A DNA stretch of 64,000 nucleotides from an uncultured virus (IMG/VR IMGVR_UViG_3300023174_000139) (Duplodnaviria > Heunggongvirae > Uroviricota > Caudoviricetes): IMG/VR virus record IMGVR_UViG_3300023174_000139; one strand, 5' to 3'. Position numbers and translations under genes: made by a program. Shown here one piece after another: positions 56,723-64,000 of the stretch (positions are counted from its first letter, which is position 1; every line of letters begins with the position of its first letter). The notes under the pieces are model-generated. The model was not told the origin of the DNA and did no database searches. It saw only the letters and a program-made list of their open reading frames with translations.

Positions 56723-59700
56723 ATGCCAGGCAATCCCAATCAATGGTCAGAAGGATTTCATGGAATTGATTTTGTCAATAACATGGGATTCATTTGGGGA
56801 AATCCAGAATTTCCAGATAGTTTAGCTGCTAATCATTTAGGTGGTAACCATACCTTACTATTTAGTGGAATAGATTGGTGGGGGCTACCAATGTGGCAAG
56901 CAACTCTAACTTACGGCATGAGTGGAATAATTGCGTCGAGGAGTCAGATATTAGACCAAACTGGTTGGTTTTGGCAACAAACTGGAACACCATGGACTCT
57001 CGTATATCCTTTTAACATATATTATTCTGGCGCCACTAGGTTTCACTGGGATACTAGACATCCAGATGAAGGTGGAATTGGCAGAGGTGGAGCCAATCAA
57101 TTAGCATTATATAATCCAAATACGCCTAAATTAAGAACAGCTTACGATATACAAAACTCAGTACCATATAGAGAGCAATATAATTTATTTTCGACTGGAA
57201 TGGAAAATATATCTGTATATACAATACAAAATGCATCTATTATAGATATTATTTCAGAAGGACCAATTCAAGGATTTGTAACTGGTAGTTATATTTATAG
57301 TGTTAGTGGAAAAAATGTTGGAGATATAGGCTATTCTAGCGTTTCATTTAGTCCTTTTGTTACGGGTGGAATAGGGTTTTCTTCTCAACTTGATCCGACA
57401 ATTATTGTACCTCCAGAAGCAAGATCTGTATTTTGGAATGAAACTCCATTAGCTACAACAGAAGGATATTTAAATTTTAGATTTATTAACTTTAGATATG
57501 ATTATGGCGCAACAAATGATCATACAGTTTCTTCTCCAAGAATAAATCTTTATGAAGATAGATATCACTATGATGGATATCTTGTAGATAGAAATAAATA
57601 TCCAGTAAAAACAGCTGTAACAAAAAATATTGGAGAAACTTTATTTGGACCATTTTTTTATAGTGGAACAGTTTCTGGTTTAGTTCCAACTAAAAAATAT
57701 TATATTTATAATACAGAAGTAGAATCTATTAGAATTAATGTAATAGTTAATAATTTATTTGGCGCCATTATTTCTGGCGCTTACGCTGGAACAGTATCAC
57801 CTGATCAGATTCAATTTGGAGTTAGATTGTGGAGAGTTTTTTCCGATAGAAAAGAAGTAGTAGCTGTGCCAAATATAACTGTTCCAACAACTAATCCAAG
57901 ATTATTTTCTTCAGATACATTTTATGTTAGAGGAAAGATACAAAATAATCCTACTCTAATTCATTATACCTTTCATCTTCGACCTACTGCAGAAAATGGA
58001 TATTTTATAGATCTAATGCCAGATCAAATCGGTTGGGCATTTGAATTAAATAAAGTTACTTCAGAATTTAGTCAAGCTGCACGAAGCAATAGCACTACTG
58101 TAGATAGTATAACTTTCGTATATCCAAATAAATTCACTTATCCAAATACAGCAATGGTTTATAATAATTTCAATGCAAAATATTTTGCAGAAATTCCAAA
58201 TAGAAAATATAAAATGCAATTATTAAAAGTTAAAGTTCCGATTAATTATGATCCAATTACTAAAAACTATAGCGGACCATGGAATGGTCAATTTAAATTA
58301 GCTTGGACAGATAATCCCGCTTGGTGTTTGTATGATTTAATAACTAGTAATCGTTTTGGATTAGGAAGATATATAGACATGAATTTAACTGATAAATGGA
58401 CATTATATGAAATATCTCAATATTGCGATCAACTTGTTCCTGATGGTTTTGGAGGTTTAGAACCAAGATTTACATGTAATGTTTTGATTTCATCTAAACA
58501 AGAAGCATCAAAAATGTTAGATGACATGGCTTCTGTATTTAATGGAATATTATATTATTCCGCTGGACAATTATTTATAAATCAAGATCGGCCAAAGGAT
58601 TCAATTTATTTATTTAATAATAGTAATGTTAAAAACGGAGAATTTAATTATTCAAGCAGTGCAAAGAAAGCTAGAAGATCTGTTGCGTTGGTTAGATATA
58701 ATGATGAAAATAATAATTATTTACCAGCCGTAGAATACGTAGAAGATAGATCAGCTTTATTAAAATATGGAATTAGAGAAGTAGAAATTAGCGCATTCGG
58801 GGCTACAAAAAGAAGCCAAGCAAAAAGAATGGGAAGATGGTTTTTAACAACAGAAAATTTAGAAACAGAAACGGTTGATTTTGAGGTTGGTTTAGATGGG
58901 GCTTTTTTAAGACCAGGTGATATAATAAAAATTTATGATCAAAATCAAAAATATCAAAATTTTGCAGGAAGGACTTTAGAACTTACTACTGGTTATGCAA
59001 TTTTAGATGTACCATATAATGCTAATACTTTATTAGCAATAACTGGGTCGGTTAATACATTAGATATTAAATTTTTAACGCCAAGTTATAATTTAGATTA
59101 TGGAACATACTTGGGTAATTTATATATAACTGGATATAGTCAAACATCTAGCGGAGTAACTGGACTAAATTCTGATTTTTTTAGAAGATCTCAAATTCAA
59201 AATATTAGTATTAATAATCCTAAAAATTATATATCTCAAGGAACAGGTCAATATACTGGATATGTTGCATTTTCATTTCCAACAGCGTTAAGATCTAGTG
59301 GATATTCATTACCGAAAAATACAGTTTGGACGTTTGATTATGATGCATCGTTGTATTCTGGTAATATATCAAATAGATATGGGATAAATAATCCAAATAA
59401 TTTACTATATCCTGGATACTATTTAGAAGGATACTTGAATGATCTAGAGTCTTATAGAATAACGAATATTAATCAAAAAACAGATGAATCATATAATATA
59501 ACCGCCCTTAAATATGTGGATCAAAAATATACAGATATTGTTACTGGTGAAGCTCTAATATCTGTTCCAACCAAAATACCTCAACCTAATGATCCTAGTT
59601 TAACTTTAAGTATTTTATATAGAGATACTGCTGGAAATTATGGACTCAATGGAGCATTTCCAGCGTATACTACAAATCAAGGAGGAATTAATTCTATTGC

Positions 59701-60058
59701 ATATACTATTACTCCTCCAAATAATTCTGGAGTAGTATCATTCTATAATATGTATAGAAGGTTTAATAATCCATTTATAGCTGGTCAAGTTTTAGATCAA
59801 GATTTATTTGATGCCCCACTTTCTCCATTAAGAAATCAAACTCTTGCTTTGCCTACTTCTACTGGTAGTCTACCATTTTTCTTCACTCCAACTGGAATAG
59901 GAACATGGTATGTTGGCGTACAAGCGGTAAATCCTTATGAAGAAAAATCTAGTTTAATAACATCTTCAATTACATTAAGTCAACAAGCTCCTGCATCGTT
60001 TGTCGTAACTGGAGGTATAAATGTTGTGGGTGGTAGGGGAGGAACCCCAGGAAATTAA
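56723..60058 (+). CDS. Central tail fibre / tip attachment protein, lambda gpJ-like
   Basis: ISEGPIQG, YPNTA, WTDNPAWCLYDL...RFGLG, EPRFTCN, RPGDII. Confidence 0.9.
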   Translation: MPGNPNQWSEGFHGIDFVNNMGFIWGNPEFPDSLAANHLGGNHTLLFSGIDWWGLPMWQATLTYGMSGIIASRSQILDQTGWFWQQTGTPWTLVYPFNIYYSGATRFHWDTRHPDEGGIGRGGANQLALYNPNTPKLRTAYDIQNSVPYREQYNLFSTGMENISVYTIQNASIIDIISEGPIQGFVTGSYIYSVSGKNVGDIGYSSVSFSPFVTGGIGFSSQLDPTIIVPPEARSVFWNETPLATTEGYLNFRFINFRYDYGATNDHTVSSPRINLYEDRYHYDGYLVDRNKYPVKTAVTKNIGETLFGPFFYSGTVSGLVPTKKYYIYNTEVESIRINVIVNNLFGAIISGAYAGTVSPDQIQFGVRLWRVFSDRKEVVAVPNITVPTTNPRLFSSDTFYVRGKIQNNPTLIHYTFHLRPTAENGYFIDLMPDQIGWAFELNKVTSEFSQAARSNSTTVDSITFVYPNKFTYPNTAMVYNNFNAKYFAEIPNRKYKMQLLKVKVPINYDPITKNYSGPWNGQFKLAWTDNPAWCLYDLITSNRFGLGRYIDMNLTDKWTLYEISQYCDQLVPDGFGGLEPRFTCNVLISSKQEASKMLDDMASVFNGILYYSAGQLFINQDRPKDSIYLFNNSNVKNGEFNYSSSAKKARRSVALVRYNDENNNYLPAVEYVEDRSALLKYGIREVEISAFGATKRSQAKRMGRWFLTTENLETETVDFEVGLDGAFLRPGDIIKIYDQNQKYQNFAGRTLELTTGYAILDVPYNANTLLAITGSVNTLDIKFLTPSYNLDYGTYLGNLYITGYSQTSSGVTGLNSDFFRRSQIQNISINNPKNYISQGTGQYTGYVAFSFPTALRSSGYSLPKNTVWTFDYDASLYSGNISNRYGINNPNNLLYPGYYLEGYLNDLESYRITNINQKTDESYNITALKYVDQKYTDIVTGEALISVPTKIPQPNDPSLTLSILYRDTAGNYGLNGAFPAYTTNQGGINSIAYTITPPNNSGVVSFYNMYRRFNNPFIAGQVLDQDLFDAPLSPLRNQTLALPTSTGSLPFFFTPTGIGTWYVGVQAVNPYEEKSSLITSSITLSQQAPASFVVTGGINVVGGRGGTPGN

Positions 60059-60067
60059 TTTTTATTT

Positions 60068-61546
60068 ATGAATTATAAAATATTAACAAAAAATATTGAG
60101 TTAGAATGGGATTTAAATGCTACTAGACCAGCATTTTTAGAAGAATCTTTTAATATTTTCAATGGAATAACTTATAATGTTAAAATTTTTGATGAAAAAA
60201 ATATTCTAATAACTGAAGAAAAAGATATTCCAATTACAGAAAAAAATATACAAGATTTATTATGGTTAACTCATTTTGATTCAATGGAAGAGACACCCCT
60301 AGAAATGATGTGTTCTCCTCCAAGGCAATGGAAAACTTTTACATCAGACAAAAAAGTTGCAAGACAAAAATACATATATAATCTAGAAAAAAATTACTCT
60401 GATTTTTTAGAAAAAAATAATATCAAAGGATTTTTTAAAAAATTAAAATTTATAATTGAATGTAAAGATTTTATAAATGAAATTGAAGTAGAATATTCTA
60501 ATATAAATTTAGATCAATCAGTTGTTCAAAATATGTTTACAGATATACTAAAAAGTTCAGATAATTTTGGTATTAAATTAATATTAAATAGTGAAAAAAT
60601 TATAGAAAATAATATAAATGGATTTTATGTTATTCCTTATAAATATAAAAATAATCAAAAAATTAAATTAGAACAAATTTTTATATCTAATATAGATGAA
60701 AAATGGTTAGATAATAATCAAAATATCAAAATTCTAACATTACCAATCAATGACTTAATTCTAGATGAAGAAATAATAGAAGTAGAAATTTTTTACTTCA
60801 CCAAAGAGCAAATAGATTTTGTTAATTTTTTTAAAACAAAAATGACTAATTCAGAATTTAATGATTTTTTAATAGAAAATTTTACTAATCAACTATATAA
60901 ACCAGGTTTAATATTTAAAGAAAATTCTAGTAATCAAATAGTTGGTTTATATCAAGGAGTTCTTTATTTATTAAATAATGAAAGTTATCAAAAATTAAGT
61001 TGGCCAGAAACTAATATATCTCTATTAAATACAGAATTTAAAAAATATTTTATAAAATCAAATAAAGATACACAAGATTATACTCTTTCAATAGAAAATG
61101 AAGTATCTGTACCAGACGCAATACCAATAGATGAATATACGACAGACTTAATGATTCCAGATAATTTACTTGGCTATTACTTAAATAAGAATGATAATTT
61201 AATATATAAAGACTTAAAATCTGATTTATTATATTTTAATAATACAAATATAAACAATATATCAATTATTGATGTTATAGAAAATCAAAATAAAACTTCT
61301 ATTTATTTAGAATGTATTACTCCATTTTCAAATCCAGATGAAATATATATAGAAACAAATACAACTAATTTAATTTTTATGCAAAAGTATTTTAAAGAAA
61401 TAAATGGTCAAAATTATGTTACATTTTTATTAAATTATGAATACGATAATACTCCTACTAAGGAATATTTGACAAATAATTCAATTAATAAAGATCGCTT
61501 AATACAAGGTAAAAGAAATATTAGTTTTAATATTAAATTGTATTAA
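60068..61546 (+). CDS. Hypothetical protein
   Basis: 492-aa Asn/Ile/Lys-rich ORF after gpJ. Confidence 0.55.
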   Translation: MNYKILTKNIELEWDLNATRPAFLEESFNIFNGITYNVKIFDEKNILITEEKDIPITEKNIQDLLWLTHFDSMEETPLEMMCSPPRQWKTFTSDKKVARQKYIYNLEKNYSDFLEKNNIKGFFKKLKFIIECKDFINEIEVEYSNINLDQSVVQNMFTDILKSSDNFGIKLILNSEKIIENNINGFYVIPYKYKNNQKIKLEQIFISNIDEKWLDNNQNIKILTLPINDLILDEEIIEVEIFYFTKEQIDFVNFFKTKMTNSEFNDFLIENFTNQLYKPGLIFKENSSNQIVGLYQGVLYLLNNESYQKLSWPETNISLLNTEFKKYFIKSNKDTQDYTLSIENEVSVPDAIPIDEYTTDLMIPDNLLGYYLNKNDNLIYKDLKSDLLYFNNTNINNISIIDVIENQNKTSIYLECITPFSNPDEIYIETNTTNLIFMQKYFKEINGQNYVTFLLNYEYDNTPTKEYLTNNSINKDRLIQGKRNISFNIKLY

Positions 61547-64000
61547 TTATTTTGATTTAGTTAGTAAACCGCCAGGTCTTTGCTGTTGAACTATAACTTT
61601 TATAATTTCTGCTTTTAATTGATCTGCAAATTTAATAGCTTTTGCTTGACCTTCTGCTGAACTCATTGCTGAATTTTCAGAATTCATTTGTACATTTGAA
61701 TCTGATCCGTTAACGTTTACAGTTATATTTATATTATTTTCTAAGTTATTTTCTGAAGTTTTTTTATTATTTATATCTGTTAAATTGTCACCTACCATTC
61801 CACCATCTGCAAATTTTTTAATTTTTCCAGAATTTAACTTATCAAAAAATCCTCTTCCATATGTATTTACCGAATCTTTCTTCATTACGTATTCTCCGCC
61901 CATTAACATCGCTGGAACATCATCTCTATTGCTGTATCCACCATTAGCATATCCTATAAACCCACCATTTTTTACGTATGTTGCATATTTATATCCATAT
62001 CCTTTTCCAAAATCTCCAACTGCTGTCGCTTCTTGTCCTCCTACTTTAGTTTTTGATGAACCACCAAATAAACTTTTCAAAGCTGGTGCGCCATAATTAC
62101 TTAAAGCTGAAGCTCCAAATCCTAATCCTGCCATAGCTAATGTTCCATAGGTTCCCATTTTTAATTGATTATTATAAGCGTCTTGTTGTTGTTGATTTAA
62201 TTGATCTATTCTAGATTTTTCTTCTTTATTTCTTTGTATTGTATCTAAAATTGATTGTTTATTTTGTTCATATAAATCCATTCCACCAACTAGATAATCA
62301 AAAAGTTTCTTTCTATTTTGATCATTTACTCTATTTTGCGGATCATTTGGATCAGTTAAAGCTAATTGAGATAATAATGGATCAATTAAATACTCTCCAG
62401 CTGTTGGATAATTTGGATCATTATATGTATAAAATGCACCAAGGCTACTTCTAAATTCACCACCAGATGGATTATTTGAAGATAATAATTTTGAAAATGT
62501 TTGATTATATGACATATCTTTATTATCTAGCATTGCATTAATTGATTGAGCGAATAAATCCCTTGTAGCTGCATCGACTACTCTTCCAGGATCAGTTTCA
62601 GAAGCTGGGGTTTTATTTGAGTTTCTTAAATATTCAGCAATTAATTCATCACTAACATTACCACCATCTGCTTTTTTAACTACTCCCCCACCATTTAATT
62701 GATTTAAAAATTTTGTACCATATTTATTTACAGAGGATTTTTTAACAACATATTCTCCATTACTTAACATTGCAGGAACATCGTCTTTTGTTCCAGATCC
62801 ACCCAAAACTTTTCCTCCTTCTGAAAATCCTTGTATATATCCACCTTTAGATCTACCTAATGGATTTTTAAATACGCTTGGTAAACCACCTATTGAACTA
62901 AAAAGACTATTTAATGCTAAGTTAGTTGTCATTTCAAGTGCAAGCTGTTGCATTCTTCTACTTATATTTAAAGCCATGGTTCTAAATGCATCTCCTACAT
63001 TTTGAGTTCCATCTATAACAGATTGAAATGCATTATTGAATTCGCTCTTCATTGTTCTTGCTGTGTCGCCAGCTGTATTATTTAAATCTCTAAATGCATC
63101 CTGCACTCCATAGGTCATTTCATCTGAAAATGCTCCAAATATATCACTTGGTTTATTTGTTTTAGATCTTATTCTATCTTCTCTTGCTTTATTTTGCATT
63201 TGCTTGTATTCATCTGCAAATAATGTTCCTTCTTTAAATCCAGCTATAGCTCTTAAACTATCAGCAGCAGCAGATGCGGCTAAATTTAATGCTAATATAT
63301 TATTTCCAAGCTCCTTCTTTAGTTGAGCTTCTTTTTCTGTATAGATATTTAGCGCTTCAGTTCTGGTAACAGCATCACCAATTGATGATCCTAATTCCAC
63401 TAAATTTTTAGTTGTCATACCAGCTTCTATGCTAGTTTGTTGAATTCCAATTTGTAATTCTGCTAAAGTCCTATCAGTTAAAACTCCACCGCCCGCGATC
63501 TCTTGCGCAGCTTTTTTATAAACTTGTCCAAATTTTCTTTCTAATTCAATTCTTTTTGTTGAATCTGCTGTGCCTCCTAAAATTCCTTGCATTGCAGCTG
63601 TATTAGTACCCCTAAGAACATTTTCTGGTAAAAATTGCGCACCTTCATTTGTTTTTAAAAATTCTTTAAGTACGTTACCAAAATCACCTTGTTGAATAAA
63701 TTTTGCAGCTTGTTGTCTTTGAGCGGCATCTTCTGAAAATAATTTCATTGTTTGTGACGTTAAATTAATATAATTTAATTGTGCATCTACTAGTTTTTTA
63801 AATGTTTGGTCTACTATTTCAGATGATTTTCTTAAATTACCAAAAGTTTCTTGTAAAGCCTTTCCTTTTTCTTCTAAAGATTTGTTGCTATCTAATATAG
63901 TTTGTATTGAATTAGCTAGTTCCAGAGCTTTATCTTTTTGTAATTTTCCAGAATCTCCTAGTTGAATAATAAAATCTTTTAATCCTTTTCCAGAATCTTG
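61547..64000 (-). CDS. Tail tape measure protein, C-terminal part (5' end outside window)
   Basis: Frame stays open from 63748 to 64000; Ala/Gln-rich helices; two DDVPAML..GEYV motifs; C-terminal QQRPGGLL. Confidence 0.85.
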   Translation of the reverse strand, partial: QDSGKGLKDFIIQLGDSGKLQKDKALELANSIQTILDSNKSLEEKGKALQETFGNLRKSSEIVDQTFKKLVDAQLNYINLTSQTMKLFSEDAAQRQQAAKFIQQGDFGNVLKEFLKTNEGAQFLPENVLRGTNTAAMQGILGGTADSTKRIELERKFGQVYKKAAQEIAGGGVLTDRTLAELQIGIQQTSIEAGMTTKNLVELGSSIGDAVTRTEALNIYTEKEAQLKKELGNNILALNLAASAAADSLRAIAGFKEGTLFADEYKQMQNKAREDRIRSKTNKPSDIFGAFSDEMTYGVQDAFRDLNNTAGDTARTMKSEFNNAFQSVIDGTQNVGDAFRTMALNISRRMQQLALEMTTNLALNSLFSSIGGLPSVFKNPLGRSKGGYIQGFSEGGKVLGGSGTKDDVPAMLSNGEYVVKKSSVNKYGTKFLNQLNGGGVVKKADGGNVSDELIAEYLRNSNKTPASETDPGRVVDAATRDLFAQSINAMLDNKDMSYNQTFSKLLSSNNPSGGEFRSSLGAFYTYNDPNYPTAGEYLIDPLLSQLALTDPNDPQNRVNDQNRKKLFDYLVGGMDLYEQNKQSILDTIQRNKEEKSRIDQLNQQQQDAYNNQLKMGTYGTLAMAGLGFGASALSNYGAPALKSLFGGSSKTKVGGQEATAVGDFGKGYGYKYATYVKNGGFIGYANGGYSNRDDVPAMLMGGEYVMKKDSVNTYGRGFFDKLNSGKIKKFADGGMVGDNLTDINNKKTSENNLENNINITVNVNGSDSNVQMNSENSAMSSAEGQAKAIKFADQLKAEIIKVIVQQQRPGGLLTKSK

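Overview
A 64-kb segment of a large, very AT-rich tailed bacteriophage genome (Caudoviricetes, lambda-like non-contractile tail tip genes). Left arm (minus strand): rIIA-like GHKL ATPase, ATP-dependent DNA ligase, metallophosphoesterase, UvsE, small ORFs, three tRNAs (an unusual Ser-ACT, Asn-GTT, Thr-TGT), PurA and a complete tmRNA. Then nucleotide metabolism (IMPDH/GMPR-family enzyme, dCMP deaminase, dNMP kinase, NrdAB, ThyX), a phage sigma factor and a SET-domain protein. An unexplained, GC-rich, apparently multiply pseudoknotted ~260-nt RNA lies between a sigma70-type promoter and nrdA. A ~16-kb glycan biosynthesis island (about 10 glycosyltransferase-like genes, methyltransferases, nucleotide-sugar enzymes; no exporter) follows. 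Next is a bacterial-style replisome (RecA, DnaB, DnaG, DnaE split into PHP and core genes, DnaQ-like exonuclease), two more glycosyltransferases, the tail genes M-L-K-I-J, and the 3' part of a convergent tape measure gene. Two promoter classes recur (TTGACA-N17-TATAAT-like, and a GTGTAA motif), and both usually sit only 6-9 nt before start codons, implying widespread leaderless mRNAs. All protein calls come from motifs recognised by eye; no database searches were run.
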